Part shown: positions 27,356 through 41,903 of the stretch, one piece after another
Position numbering within the stretch: the first letter of the stretch is position 1
Layout of the letters: every line of letters starts with the position of its first letter
From: Octopus sinensis
Taxonomy: Eukaryota
Assembly (NCBI RefSeq): GCF_006345805.1
Contig: NC_043000.1
Span: forward strand, 38,564,001-38,628,000
DNA length: 64,000 nucleotides
Direction of reading: 5' to 3'
Position numbers and translations under genes: made by a program
Notes under the pieces: model-generated
Databases searched by the model: none
What the model was told of the DNA's origin: nothing
What the model saw: only the letters and a program-made list of their open reading frames with translations

Positions 27356-27959
27356 TATAAAAGGAACATTAATTAATTTTAGCCAACATTTACAATAGAA
27401 AAAAAGACTGAATGATTTAATGAAAAAAAAATAATAATAAAGAAATAAATGCTGATATTTTGTTTAAGAATTTAGACTGTGGCGAATTTCAAAGCGATCT
27501 ATGTTCAAAGATATGTGTTCCGGTTATGACTATTTCATATTTTTCTCAAACTTTTCTGCTCTAGGCACAAGGTCCTAAATTTTGGAGGAGGGGTCCAGTC
27601 GATTAGATTGACCTCAGTACGCAACCGGTACTTAATTTATCGATCCCGAATGGATGAAAGGCAAAGTCGACCTCGGCGGAATTTGAACTCATAACGTAGC
27701 GGCAGACAAAATACCGCTAAGCATTTCGTCCGGCGTGCTAACGTTTCTGCAACCTCGCTGCCTTCATATTATTTTCAAGCATTGAATCTAGGATCATGTA
27801 ATGGAACATATCATGATTTCTCTATAAAACGGTAAGGTATGCTTTGAGGGCTATTTAGGTGCTATTTCTAGCAGCTATGGGTATCATGTGTGTTTCAGTG
27901 TGAGTCTGTGTGTCTGTATGAATGTGTGTGCGTGTGTGCACGCGCGCATGCATGATATA

Positions 27960-28760
27960 TTTACCAAAATTACATAAAAATATCTTGAAATACTAAAGAG
28001 TAACTTTATTCACCAAAATCGTCATTGGCTTCAACCACGGCCTCCAGACGACTTCTGAATCTCCTCCAACTCTTCTGGGCGGCCTCCTTGTTTAAGTTGG
28101 TGAATGCTGCCATGACCCTTGCCTTTATTTCATCTTTGGTGTTATAGGGAGTTTTGCTGGTCCCTCACTCAACTGCGTCCCACACATAATAATCAAGGGG
28201 GTTGCAGTCTGGAGAGTTAAGTAGCCTGATGGTTGGGGTGATGTAGTTGCTAAAATTGTTTCTCAGCCATGACTGCATTCTCCTGCTTGTATGGCATGGT
28301 GCAGAGTCCTGTTGCTATATATTGGGTCTTCCAGCAGCCACCCTCTTGACCCAGGGCAGCACTACCTGCTCCAGGCACTTGATGTAGGCTTCTGTGATGT
28401 GTCTGTGATGAATGGAGGCATAACATCGCCATCACTTGTGATCACTTCAAACACCATGATGTTGACTGGGTGTTTGATTTTTATCACTCTCGGTACATGT
28501 CCTGAGATTGCACTGTCCTCAGATTAACACCCAAACACTTTGAAATGTTCGTACTGGAGGCTCCGGCGCGAATGTCAAGCAGTACAGTATGTCGTTTCCA
28601 AATTATGGCTGAATGAATTGCGACATGGTTCTGCCTTTCTCACAGATGGTGCCCAACTGACCCTACTATACTGTGTAGTCGACAAAATCAAAACGAAACA
28701 ATGCGCATACGCGAGAGTAAAAATATAAATTCATGACAATTTACCCATCGCACCCTGTAT
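27960..28760 (-). mobile_element. Tc1/mariner maT (DD37D-like) remnant, internally deleted, one TIR visible
   Basis: QQDSAPCHTSRRMQSWL..., NSPDCNPLDYYVW; TA-CAGGGTGCGATGGG terminus at about 28759. Confidence 0.8.
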
Positions 28761-29172
28761 ATAGGAAATATGTGTGTACATATGTTACATAGCATATATG
28801 TGTGTGGATGTGAATAGTTATGTGTGCATGTGTGTGTCTTTCTGTGGTTGCTCCAGCATCGCCGCTTATCATCTGGTGTTACTTTGCGACCTCGTTACCG
28901 AGAAGTCCTGCAAAAGAGGCTGACGGAAAGAATACTAAACTTTGTATTTAAAAATTAGGGTCAATTTGATCGCCTACCACTTCATGTCTCGCCCCAGCAT
29001 GAAACAAGTAAAAGATAAGAAAGTAACGTCTTATCAATGAAACATGTAGTAGTCTCTGAGTGAAGGCAGCCAAAGTGTAGAAATCTATAAATATTTGAAT
29101 AGCTCAGAATTTCACATTGACCTACAAAAGGTTTGTGGGAAAGCTAGATAATTTATATGTATATATATATAT

Positions 29173-29199
<27 letters not shown>

Positions 29200-29212
<13 letters not shown>

Positions 29213-30300
29213 AGTTAAATGCAGGTGTTATTGAAATCTATACGTCCGACATATGTTTAGAAGAAAACATTGGTATTATTCCAGAAGGAATAAAATAATG
29301 TAAAACAAGGCAATCTTCTTATCAGGGAAAAAAGAAGAGAAACAAAATGCATCAAAAAGACATTTTAGCCAAATGTTATTACTGCATATATGATGAAGAG
29401 AACGCTGGTACGATATTTAAAAAAAAAAAACGTTTATATATATAACGTCAAAGGCAATTTACAGAAAGAGAAGGAGGAGGAAGAAAGAAATTAGCAGAAA
29501 ATTAAGTGGAGAAATATAGTGCAATAGGTGAATAGGAATAATGGTTAAAGTCATGGAAATAGATATATTTAGTGGAAGTGAAATTTAAGAAGACAGTTAA
29601 AGGTCCAAATCACTTATAAGAACTATAGGTATGTTTTTGCCAATGTTTGTAACGATAAACGGGTTCTTTAAACGTGTTTACAAGAGGATTCTCTGAGAAC
29701 AGGATGAAATACAGTTCATCGTTACAGAGCGAACAAAATGATTTGCCTTTATCATACGGAAATTATATATATATATATATGGTAGTCACAGAAAAGAGGA
29801 ATTTCGATTATCCCCACTTGGTGAGTTGTAATGTATATAAGAAATTAAAAAAGGAAAATACGCACACTTAGATAGTTTTAATATAATTTTTAATATATCG
29901 ACCGGTTTCGCTATCGCTATTCATGATATTATGTTTTACTTATTTGAATATATACTTTCTCTTAAGAAGAAATTTGGTCCATGTTGTGTGATGAAACTCA
30001 CGAGTGAATTACTTCACAAGTAGATAAATGAAGGGAGGTAATTGGTTGTCGTTATTATTGTTATTGTTGTGGGTAAGGGAGATAACTGTTCAGCTTTCGG
30101 TAATGGGTGGGGATTATATATGTGTACAGACAGAGACAAGTTTCAAAAACCTTGTTTAGTAGGGAATTTATGTACAGTGATGTAATCATGAATTGAAATA
30201 AGTAAAAAGACAAAAGTTGGTTATGCGTGCATATTAAGACGTGTTTTGTATTTTTCAACGAAAAAAGTTTCGTTATTTAAACGTTTAAAGTTTTTGGAAA
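29200..30300 (-). mobile_element. Penelope-like element remnant
   Basis: 29760-29610 translates PYDKGKSFCSLCNDELYFILFSENPLVNTFKEPVYRYKH (Penelope C-terminal C..C..E...N..E...H pattern). YKTRLNMH near 30240; decayed hammerhead-like GAAACCGGTC at 29899-29908. Outer limits uncertain. Confidence 0.6.
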
Positions 30301-30311
30301 CACACACACAG

Positions 30312-30345
<34 letters not shown>

Positions 30346-30439
30346 ATATGGGTGTATAGTATACTGTGCGTTTGCATTTGACGCATATTTAATACGTATT
30401 TGTACTGGATAAACATAAATGAATTGCATCCATACTTAC

Positions 30440-30595
30440 CGGGTGAACCACTCATTCTCTGGGAGAGCTTTAAATTTTCGTTTAGCAATTCTACTGTTCC
30501 TTCTTGGGGGTCCAGTTCTAGAAGATCCCGATCGACACGGTCAGGAAAGGTTGTAAAAATTGGGTCTTCAATCCACCATATTTGAATCTTGAAAG
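30440..30595 (-). CDS. Adhesion GPCR-like gene, exon C (156 nt, phase 1-1): (S)FKIQIWWIEDPIFTTFPDRVDRDLLELDPQEGTVELLNENLKLSQRMSGSP
   Basis: Acceptor catctcatttcag, donor CCG|gtaagt. The exon B T plus CT gives Ser. NI-x-F/L...FP...V/I-x-L fits the start of GAIN subdomain B. Confidence 0.85.
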
Positions 30596-32020
30596 CTGAA
30601 ATGAGATGATATCGATTTAATAATTACAACAAACCGCCATTACTAAAACATGTTCCTATTATCTTTTAATTGTTACAAATTAACATTTGGCAATATCTCC
30701 AATTAAGATTTAAAATGCATTTTGTCCGGCAATTAATGAGAAGCAATTAAAATCTTTAGAATACAAAATTAGGTGACTAAAAATATGTTATTTTTTGAGT
30801 TCCAACATATTTCATGATGGAGGTGTTTATATCTGACATAGTTAAAACTCCTAGATCGCAATTATAAGATTTTAAGCTATTAATTAGTTCTACGTGGATC
30901 ATTAATTTTGTTGTAGAGGTGTTGGGAAAAAATTGAATTTTTGTGCTGCGTGTGTTTATATTTTTTTAAACATAATTTAGAAAAACGTTAGCGGTGGAGT
31001 CCTCAACTCCTGATGAAGTCGTAGGAGCGATAACAAAATAATGCTGTGTGTTTTGGAGCTTATTCTTATACGGATATGACCACAGCGGATGGAAAATGTA
31101 TTTAATAGAGAGAAAAGACTTCGGTTGACCTAAGACTATGGCAGAAGAAAATTACTGTTCAAGATGCCACACAGTGTAACCGAACCCAGAACTAAGTGAC
31201 TGAAAAAGCAAAATTCTTACCACGCAGCCACGCCTATACCTTCAGCAATTACCACCTTTCTGGCAGCTTTTGTTACCTATTATTCTTTACAATGTCACAG
31301 AAGTAGCTGAATTAGAATGAGTCTTTTTTTTTTCTTCTAATCTTTCGTTTACATACATTCTTGATGTGTTAATACACTTGCATTGCTAGAAATCTTTCAA
31401 GTCTATTCGTTCGGTTCAGAGCATGTTATTCATAAGTGAGCTCCACGACAACCCAACTCGCATCTCCTGCTGTGGATCCTTCATAAGAGATATAAACCAT
31501 CAATCTCAGAAGAATATCGATGGTGAAAAATATATTCCACCAGAATTAGCACCAGCCTTTATTTAATACTGAAAGATATATTCTGCCAGCAGAGTATTTC
31601 ACCAAAATATAATCCCGCTCATGTGTGTAGGAATCACAAAGACCAATTTATCTTTGATGTGTTGCATGTGATAATGTTTGCACATAGATAGAAGTTTGCA
31701 AAACCTGGAATAATCACGCAAGATTAAGTGGGGTGGGTATAGGAGAAAACTGTAAAATGTAACGAGGGAGTTGATGGTGCGGTGGGTGGGAAGAATAAAA
31801 CTTTTTGTAAATGACTGAATTGAGATGCGGGAGGAAAGTATTAGAAAGTAATTGAATAGAGATGTGATTCCGACAATAAATATGTGCGTGTGAATGTATA
31901 TATTCCTTTATACGTATAAATCGTTGCATGTATATCTATGTATCTATCTATGTACCTACGTACCTACCTACACACACCACACTCACATATATAGATAAAT
32001 ACATACATACATACAATACA

Positions 32021-32102
<82 letters not shown>

Positions 32103-32106
<4 letters not shown>

Positions 32107-32437
32107 GTGGTGTTCCGTCAGTTTCGTCGACGTGGGTTCCAGTTGATCCGATCAACGGAACGGCCTGCTCATGAAATTAACGTGCCAGTGGCTGAGCACT
32201 CCACAGATACGTGTCCCCTTAAATTACTTCTCGGGGAGATTCTGTCTTTGAAATACGGGTACAACAAATACATGAAGAACAAGTGAAAAAAAGTTGTGGT
32301 GAAAGAGTACAGCAGGGTTTGTCCCCCCCCCCTGCCGGAACCTCGTGAGATTTAAACATTCACAACGCCCGATTAGGGATTCGAAACTGCGATCCTATGA
32401 CCGGGAGTCCGCTGCCCTAACCACTGGGCATATATAT

Positions 32438-32481
<44 letters not shown>

Positions 32482-32823
32482 GTGGTGTTCCGTCAGTTTC
32501 GTCGACGTGGGTTCCAGTTGATCCGATCAACGGAACGGCCTGCTCATGAAATTAACGTGCCAGTGGCTGAGCACTCCACAGATACGTGTCCCCTTAAATT
32601 ACTTCTCGGGGTCTCGTCCGGGGGACTTCTGTCTTGAAATACGGGTACAACAAATACATGAAGAACAAGTGAAAAAAAGTTGTGGTGAAAGAGTACAGCA
32701 GGGTTTGTCCCCCCCCCCCCTGCCAGAACCTCGTGAGATTTAAACATTCACAACGCCCGATTAGGGATTCGAAACTGCGATCCTATGACCGGGAGTCCGC
32801 TGCCCTAACCACTGGGCTATTGC

Positions 32824-32824
<1 letters not shown>
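32103..32824. repeat. Tandem duplication of a SINE-C copy (unit about 375 bp) separated by (TA)n
   Basis: Both copies share the same private deletion and substitutions relative to other family C copies. Confidence 0.85.
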
Positions 32825-32889
<65 letters not shown>

Positions 32890-33240
32890 GCACACAGAGA
32901 ATGAGAGAGAGAGAGAAGAGAAAGAGAGGGAGAGAGAGAGAGACAGACAGACAGACAGAGAGAATATTCTAAAAGAATCTCTTTATGAAGTGATTAACCA
33001 ATAAGTATAAAAAGTATTTCTATAATTCACATTATTTCCATATTTCGGTTTATTGATATATTTTGATGTATCTTGTAATTGAAATATATATTATATCTAC
33101 GTATATATGTACGTACATAAGTATTTATGTATGTATGCATGCATGTATGTATATATTTGTATATATATATAAATATGCATATAAAATTAGAAATATTGCA
33201 TTTCTAAATCTCTCAGAGCTGCACGATAAAGAGATGGTTC

Positions 33241-33487
33241 GTTGGCAACTTAATGTGGCAGTCCCATGAAAGGGAAGAATGCAACTGCCATTTAGCCCCA
33301 AGAAACACCGTTTCTAGTTGGCTACGTGACACAAGCGTTCTGTGTCCTTAGGTTTTCAAACAGGGGAGGTGCTTATCCCCAGTGTTTGAAAACTTGGTTC
33401 ACGTAGCCATCTAGAAATGGTGTTTCTTGGGGCTAAATGGCAGCAACATTCTTCCCTTTCATGGGACCGCCACATTAAGTTGCCGAC
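33241..33487. mobile_element. 247-bp foldback/MITE-like element with arms of about 90 bp (copy 1)
   Basis: gttggcaacttaatgtggcagtcccatgaaagggaagaatg... is the reverse complement of ...cattcttccctttcatgggaccgccacattaagttgccgac, with few mismatches. Confidence 0.8.
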
Positions 33488-33581
33488 AGTCACTTTATAT
33501 ATGTATATATATATATATAAATACACACGCACACGCACTTACACACACACGCACTTACACACACACGCACTCACACACACT

Positions 33582-33615
<34 letters not shown>

Positions 33616-34006
33616 CATACACACACACACACTTATATATATATATATATATACGCACACAGAGAATGAGAGAGAGAGAGAAAGAGAAAGAGAGGGAGAG
33701 AGAGAGAGACAGACAGACAGACAGAGAGAATATTCTAAAAGAATCTCTTTATGAAGTGATTAACCAATAAGTATAAAAAGTATTTCTATAATTCACATTA
33801 TTTCCATATTTCGGTTTATTGATATATTTTGATGTATCTTGTAATTGAAATATATATTATATCTACGTATATATGTACGTACATAAGTATTTATGTATGT
33901 ATGCATGCATGTATGTATATATTTGTATATATATATAAATATGCATATAAAATTAGAAATATTGCATTTCTAAATCTCTCAGAGCTGCACGATAAAGAGA
34001 TGGTTC

Positions 34007-34253
34007 GTTGGCAACTTAATGTGGCAGTCCCATGAAAGGGAAGAATGCAACTGCCATTTAGCCCCAAGAAACACCGTTTCTAGTTGGCTACGTGACACAA
34101 GCGTTCTGTGTCCTTAGGTTTTCAAACAGGGGAGGTGCTTATCCCCACTGTTTGAAAACTTGGTTCACGTAGCCATCTAGAAATGGTGTTTCTTCGGGCT
34201 AAATGGCAGCAACATTCTTCCCTTTCATGGGACCGCCACATTAAGTTGCCGAC
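34007..34253. mobile_element. Foldback/MITE-like element, copy 2 (inside the tandem duplication)
   Basis: Near-identical to 33241-33487. Confidence 0.8.
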
Positions 34254-34353
34254 AGTCACTTTATATATGTATATATATATATATATATAATACACACGCA
34301 CACGCACTTACACACACACGCACTCACACACACTCACACACACACACACACAC

Positions 34354-34398
<45 letters not shown>

Positions 34399-34654
34399 TA
34401 TGTCAGTATTTATGTGCATAGATTTAGGGGAGCAAACAAAAGAAATAGAATCCAATACTTCTGTGTGTATATTTTATTTCAAACGACTGAGTTTTGGTAA
34501 CTTTCGACCCATGAGTAACGTTGCAACTTAACTTCTATTGATTAAATAATAATAATGATGATGATGATGATGATGATGACGACAACGACGACGAGGATGA
34601 CGATGGTGATGATGATGATGATGATGATAATAATAAAAATAAGAATAATAACAA

Positions 34655-34800
<146 letters not shown>

Positions 34801-36259
34801 GGTAGGGAGCCAATGAAGGTGATGGTATCCAGCACTCTAAAATGAAAGAAAATCCGCAAGGGACGCTACCGACGGGTAAGAATAGTCCGAAACTCAGAAT
34901 TAAATGCTGCTAACAGAATTACTGCGATCAATTCTTTGGCTATACCAGTGACCACATATAGCTTCGGTACCATTAAGTGGAGTCTTACTGACATGCAGAA
35001 TATGGAAGGAAAGATCCGTAAAATCTTTGCAAGGTACCGAAGGTAACAACCAAAATCAGGTGTAGACATGATTTATCTCCCAAGAAAAATAGGTGGAAGA
35101 GGCCTGATATAGCTCGAACAATCCTTTAAATCACCAACAATAGGCCTTGAAACGTACCTTAATACAAATAGTGATGTGCTCTTACGAACTGCACTGAAGC
35201 ATGAAGAGTCCAAGCAAGCTTCAGTCATGAAGCTTAGTCAGAAATTTAAAGAGTCTCTTGGCCTACAAGTTAACAAAAAGAATGACTAAAGACACCCAAA
35301 TACTGACAGGCCTACCACTGCTTCTCCTGATTTAGAAATTAACAATCAGAAAGACCAAAGAGATCCAAATGGTGACAAACTTATCATTGATGCAAAAAAC
35401 ATCAAACAAAAAGCAAAGAAGGCTTGCATGAATAATATCGAAGACAACTGGAAAGGCAAACACCTGCATGGAAAATACCCTAACCACCTGTCGAAGCCAG
35501 ATATTGATCAGACACTAACACACTAATGGCTACAAGGGACAGGTCTGAAAGGGAAACAGCTTTTGTTACTGCGCAAGATCAGAGCTTATCTACCAGAAAC
35601 TACCATGCAACCGTCCTTAAAGACGGCTCTGACCCCGTCGTGCAGAATTTTGGGAAAATTCATGGAGACAACTGATCATGCTGTTTCTGGCTGCCCAGTC
35701 CTCGCTGAAAAGACATGACAGACTAGGGCAACACATCCACTGGAATTCTTGTAAATACTACAACATTAAATCCCATGATGAGTGTTACAGGCACCATCCT
35801 TTGGAACTTCCCAATACAAACGGGCAGAAAAATTTACTCTAATCGACCAGACATTGTGATCAAGTACTACAACAGAAGAAATTATCTGTTAAGCGATATG
35901 TCTGTCCCACAAGATCAAAATGTCTCAAAAGGGAATACGAAAAGCTTTCTCACGAAATTGAAATCACAAAAACGTGGAAACTTAGTACTACGATAATACT
36001 AGCAGTAATTGGTGCGTTGGGAATGATAAAGAAGGTACTGAGAAGTATTAAGCATTACTTGGTAACTCCAATCTCCGTGAAGTACGAAAGATAAGCTTGA
36101 TGGGTACAGCCCATAGACTACGGAAAGCAGTCTCCATCTAAAGTGGAATAAATGTGGTGATAATTTTAGCAGGCATAGCAAAACAAAAGTGTCCTGGCTG
36201 CTCTTGGCTCCGCAGGATGCCCGGTACTAAGGCAGCTGAAATAAGTTATAATGAAAGGA
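34801..36259 (+). mobile_element. R4/Dong-clade fragment of about 1.45 kb (RT thumb, zinc knuckle, RLE, UTR) with frameshifts
   Basis: IYLPRKIGGRGL, W.GKHLHGKY, CRI...ETTDHAVSGCPVLA, ILWNFPIQT...NRPDIV, VIGALGMI; TAA tracts on both sides. Confidence 0.85.
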
Positions 36260-36272
36260 AATAATAATACTG

Positions 36273-36329
<57 letters not shown>

Positions 36330-36350
36330 TTAATAATAATAATAATAATA

Positions 36351-36382
<32 letters not shown>

Positions 36383-36458
36383 AATGATGATGATGATGTT
36401 GGTGGTGGTGGTGGTGGTGGTGATGATGATGACGATGATGACGATAATGATGATGATA

Positions 36459-36500
<42 letters not shown>

Positions 36501-36844
36501 ATGATGATGATGATAAGGATTCAATGAAACGTGTTGACAAGATCTTCACTATACAAATGGAACAATGATAATATCTGGTTTAAAATTTTGGCATCGACCA
36601 CGAACAAACGATCGGCAACGCCGACCTCTGAAGTATTTCAGCTCGAAATATCAAAAACTAGAGGAAATGCCACTAAGCGGTTCGTCTGACGTACTCGAGA
36701 TAATGTCACTTTGTCGTCTTGACAACAATAATGATTAAATATATAGACGGGCAGACAGACAGACAGACAGATAGATAGACAGATAGATAGATAGACAGAC
36801 AGACAGATAGATAGACAGACAGACAGATAGATAGACAGACAGAC

Positions 36845-36889
<45 letters not shown>

Positions 36890-36940
36890 CATAGATAGAT
36901 AGATAGACAGATAGACAGACAGACAGACAGACAGACATAC

Positions 36941-36988
<48 letters not shown>

Positions 36989-37219
36989 GTTTCTTTATTG
37001 GCCACACAGGGCTGAACACAGAGGGGACAAAATAGAAAGTAGAGCTTTTCTTTTTGGGAAGAGAAAGAAGGAGGCGGGTAGAAATTCGATCAAGAGGGAT
37101 CGTGGAAAAAAAAAAAAAAAAAGAAAAGATGCCGATCAATAGGGATCGTGTATCACAGAAATGTCGTAATGTAAAAGGGGAAACAGATTAGGTTTATCCA
37201 TGGAACGAAAAGCCTACGG
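36989..37219 (-). mobile_element. 3' UTR-only copy of the same Tx1-like element, also in a GATA/GACA tract
   Basis: Collinear with 261-560 (tttctttattggccacacagggctg...gggatcgt...tcacagaaatgtc); agatagatg on both flanks. Confidence 0.8.
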
Positions 37220-37974
37220 AGATAGATGGAGTTTAGTTCCTATAACTTTCCTGAAAGAACAGCAGTCTGTTTTCCCATATGACGGAGACTAGGTATATAT
37301 CATTAGAATATGTGTGTGAAGAACCTATTCAAAGAAAATAATGTCCTATCTATAAATCAGCGTGTATTTGTAGAGAAGGGAAGGAGTGTAGGAGTATCCG
37401 TGCTTTTGTACATGTCCATTTTGAGAGGTTATATAAAATAGTTTGCGGTTGGGCTACAGTAAGATAGAAAAGAAATTATATTTGATCGAATATTAGCTGG
37501 CAGGCTCCGTTAATTCCGGTATAAAAGGAAATTTCAATTATATGTTTGATTTTTTAAATTTTATTTTCAAATTAATATCTTTTCTATGCAAAGAAATTAC
37601 ACTTCAAAACGTTCGCCTTTATAACTGAGTTTTGATTCTGATTTATTAAAATTTTGGCAAAAGCACACGCACGCACATACACATAAATACACATGCACAC
37701 ATACACACACACATATACACTCACCCACAAACACACGCACACAAACACACACATCACGCTCAAACTCGCACTCTCACTCTCTCAAGCACTCACACACACG
37801 CTCACACATACACTCACACACAAACACACACACACAAACACACACACACACGCACACACAAACACACACACTCACAAACACACAAACACACACATACACT
37901 CACAAACACAAACACAAGCACATAAACAAACACGCACACTCACACACACACAAACACACACACACCCACACACA

Positions 37975-38014
<40 letters not shown>

Positions 38015-40339
38015 AATGCATATTCAAAACACTAAAATATTTTAGAAACCATTTTTAGAACTCTATGCTTTCTGTTGCATTTTTTTGAAATTTCGCGAAT
38101 ACGTCATTAAACTGTAAAGCGTTTTCTAAGAATAACTTGCGCATTATAAAGAATAATTAAATTATTTTACCAAAGATAGATAAATATATTTAAAAACGCT
38201 TACAAAGAAACGCCATGACGGATTATAGACTATTTGAATATCCAACTGTGATGGGTAATTATTAAATTGCTTTGATGCGATAATTATAAAGTTAAGAGCT
38301 CTCATGGAGCAAAATTTCCCTCCAGTACACATTGTCACCGATTCGATTTGCGTATAAGCGTGTAATTAATTGGTGAAGCAATTAGATTTGTGAGCACAGA
38401 AGTGTGTATAAATATGATAACTGTAACTCGGGAGACTAGAGTTCATTATATATATGTGCTAAGCATTCTGGCCACGCTACGCAACTATTTTTGTGTGGTG
38501 GTTTGTCATGTATATTTTTAGGTTCTTCTCTGTGAATGATAAGTTTCCTGTGTCAACAATACTTTCTGCTATGAAGCAATGTATATTGAAACCCGCCACA
38601 GGATTCGAACCGGGAAACTACCGCAAACCAAACGACAATGATAACTTTAGGCCCAAGGAATGAGTTTCATGGTGTCAAATTTTGACCAATAGATTTTGAG
38701 GGGAGTGGATAAATCTAATACATGGACCCATAGTGCTTGACTGATATTATTTAATCGGTCTCGAAAAGAGGAAAGGCAAAGTTGACCCCGGCTGAATTTG
38801 AACTCAGAACGTAGCGGCAGATGAAATACCTATTTCTTTACTACCCACAAGGGGCTAATCACAGAGAGTACAAACAAGGACAGACAAACGGATTAAGTCG
38901 ATTATATCGACCCCAGTGAGTAACTGGTACTTATTTAATCGACCCCGAAAGGATGAAAGGCAAAGTCGACCTCTGCGGAATTTGAACTCAGAACATAGCG
39001 GCAGACGAAATACGGCTACGCATTTCACCCGGCGTGCTAACATTTCTGCCAGCTCGCTGCCTTTTTCCGTGTATAGATAATGTTCACAATAAAATTTGAC
39101 TTTCCAAGTATTTCATTAGCCTGCATCGCTCTATTTCCAAATCTCTATACAATAAATTAACGCTTAGGAATGCATATAACTTACCGGATAGTGTAAAGAA
39201 TGTATTATTTTTGACTGCAGCTATGCTGGAGCACCGCCTTTAGTCGAGCAATCAACTCCAGGACTTGTTCTTTGTAAGCCTAGTACTTATTCCATCGGTA
39301 TCTTTTGCCGAACCGCTAAGTTACGGGGGACGGAAACACACCAGCAACTGTTGTCAAGCGATGGTGGGGGGACAAACACACACACACACAAACATATACA
39401 TACATGCATACATACATATATACGACGGGATTCTTTCAGTTTCTGTCTACCAAATCCACTCACAAGGCTTTGGTCGGCCCGAGGCTATAGCAGAAGACAA
39501 GGTGCTACGCAGTGAGACTGAACCTGGAACCATGTGGTTGGTAAGCAAATTATTTACCACACAGCCACTCCTGCGCCTTCAAGGTATGTCAAGGAAATTA
39601 CAAGGTAGATCAAGGAAATTACTGCATAAATTAACATGTGTTACTGGACTTTTCATGTAAGGCTTAGTACCGTTTGTTGACTGCAACATATGCATGGTAA
39701 TTAAAAGTGAAATAGACGGGATAGGACAATTCCCGGAGACAAGTGACTGGACAACCTAGCGGTTATCTGCTCTGGCGATTGATTTGCCAGTCCTTTTGTG
39801 GTTGTTAATCATCCTTCTAGAATTTTCGATTATACTATTTGACGGGAAAACTCCCACATTTATTTTGATCTATAGACATTGCTGCTTCCGCCATAATACG
39901 TTAGTCAGCTTTGCCTCAGCATTTATACCTTTTATAGTAATAATTTTCTTTTTATGGAAGTATATTGGTTTTTGGTTATGGAATGGTAAAATTTGAGAGT
40001 TGTAGTTTAAATCTCATTTAAACTTCATTGTGGTCTCATTAAGATGTAATCAACAGAATCCAACTAGATCTATCAAGACTATTTGAAGATAGTTTCTAGC
40101 TGCAAAGAGGGGTCTATTTGGGATGATGATGGATGTTTTGTTAGCCTGTCGAGATGTCTTTCATTACCCCAGCAGTAAAATCTATTTGGAACAGGTTGAT
40201 GCTCTTAGTAGTATAGTCGTCGTACGGTTACATGTATATCAAATATCACAGTAGCGAACAGACCATTAATTGCTGTCATAACTTTGATAGGTTTCGGCCA
40301 GAATAGGCCCAGGCTATGTCTAACTTAATAGCACCACCT

Positions 40340-40700
40340 GTTGAAGTCTTTTAGTCATATATGGGGCACCATAGCCCATTCTAGCAAACAATTATTATTG
40401 CTGGAGACATATCCGGGTGTAGGAGGTTGGTCCGGGATTTTTTGAAGAAATTTGTCGTCCAGTGAAGATTTGAATTTTATGGGATCCGTTTCCGTTTTGA
40501 TGTATTTTGGAATGGTATTAAAGAGAGCCGGACCGGTTGATGTAAAGTAATTGTGACGTAATGTTGCTATGTGTACCGAGTTCTATTTTTGTAATGAGCG
40601 GATAGCACGGAGGCCAAGTCTGGGATGGATTTTAAACGTGATGCCAACATCATTTGTGCAATATTGATGGAATATTTTCCTCTGTCTTGATTTCGCCATT
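40340..40700 (-). mobile_element. CR1/L2-like LINE 3' end
   Basis: NYFTSTGPALFNTIPKYIKTETDPIKFKSSLD.FLQKIPDQPPTPGY..NN.LLEW. Confidence 0.7.
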
Positions 40701-41121
40701 CTTTTCTATCTTGACCGAAATTCCTTGACTAAATTGTCTTTCCATCGTCTCAGAAACCTTCCATGTGGCCTTTTTCAAATACTTGAATACTTCAGTACCT
40801 CGTGCAACAATAGTCATACTTGTTCAGTAGCTATTGTTGCGTGCCGTATTTCCTGACAGCCAAGACCAAGCTTCACAAATACCGGACTACTGACCCTGCG
40901 GAAGCATTACTTCACCGAAGAAAACGCGTAGTCCATTCGCTAGATTTTGGAAGCTAGCTAAAACGAAGAGAGGTAGTTAATAGTCAGCCCACCTAACCAG
41001 CGAGATAGCTTCATTAAAAAAAAGCTAAGACATAAATACACACATCTATAAATTAATGATACAGTGTTGATGCAAATGTCCATCAAAACATAGCCTGGCA
41101 GGCTGTATTAAGATTTTTGTG

Positions 41122-41483
41122 GAGGCGCAGTGGCCTAGTGGTTAGGGCAGTGGATTCGCGGTTTCGATTCCCAGACCGGATTTTGAGAGTGTTTATTGAG
41201 CGAAAACACTTAAAGCTCCACGATACAGCGGGGGGGGGGGAGAACCCTGCTGTACTCTTTCACCACAACTTTCTCTCACTCTTTCTTCCTGTTTCTGTTG
41301 TACCTGTACTTCAAAGAGCCAGCCTTGTCACATACTGTATCACATTGAATCTCCCCCGAGAACTACGTTAAGGGTACACGTGTCTGTGGGGTGCTCAGCC
41401 ACTTGCACGTTAATTTCATGAGCAGGGTGTTCCGTTGAGCGGACCAACTGGAACCCTCGTCGTCGCAACCGACGGAGTGCCAC
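41122..41483 (+). mobile_element. tRNA-derived SINE family C (head cagtggttagggcag..., tail ...ggaaccctcgtcgtcg.aaccgacggagtgccac), representative copy
   Basis: Other copies: 10558-10740, 32103-32429(-), 32478-32824(-), 58138-58430(-), 58525-58790(-). Confidence 0.8.
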
Positions 41484-41863
41484 GATTAAGATTTAAGATG
41501 TACCAACCGAAAGAACTAGTTCAAGGTAGTTTCGAACGCCACTTCTTGTTGAAATTTCTCAGTCTTAAGTCTTTATATTCTTTGTGCAAATAAAAGAAAC
41601 TGTTTCATTTAAACTATAATACTGTATCTCAATATATTCTTTTTTATATAATTGATAGAAACATCGTCGCTTTGAAATGATGTTATTTTTTATGACTTCA
41701 GTCAACAAAGGTATTATTCCACTTTTGTGATTCGATGTAATCAAAAATAATTGTCCAAAAAATGTTATTGGTTCTTCTTCTATTGGTCCGAGATCGATGA
41801 ATAACAAGGTGAAGCCGGCATTGTCTCAAAACAGAAATACAAATTACTACATTGCGTGCGTGT

Positions 41864-41903
<40 letters not shown>

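Larger units (their letters stand above)
32830..34390. repeat. Tandem duplication, unit about 766 bp, bounded by (TA)n/(CA)n
   Basis: Identical ORFs at 33063 and 33829 (offset 766); only a few substitutions or indels between units. Confidence 0.9.

Noticed and set aside
38595-38630. B-box-like sequence (ggattcgaacc) and the many SINE heads as tRNA genes
   Set aside because: No complete cloverleaf; these are SINE-derived.
41565-41807. ORF with faint Merlin/ISXO2- or integrase-like spacing; shares tttcaaagcgacga with about 43320
   Set aside because: No catalytic motif can be confirmed by eye.
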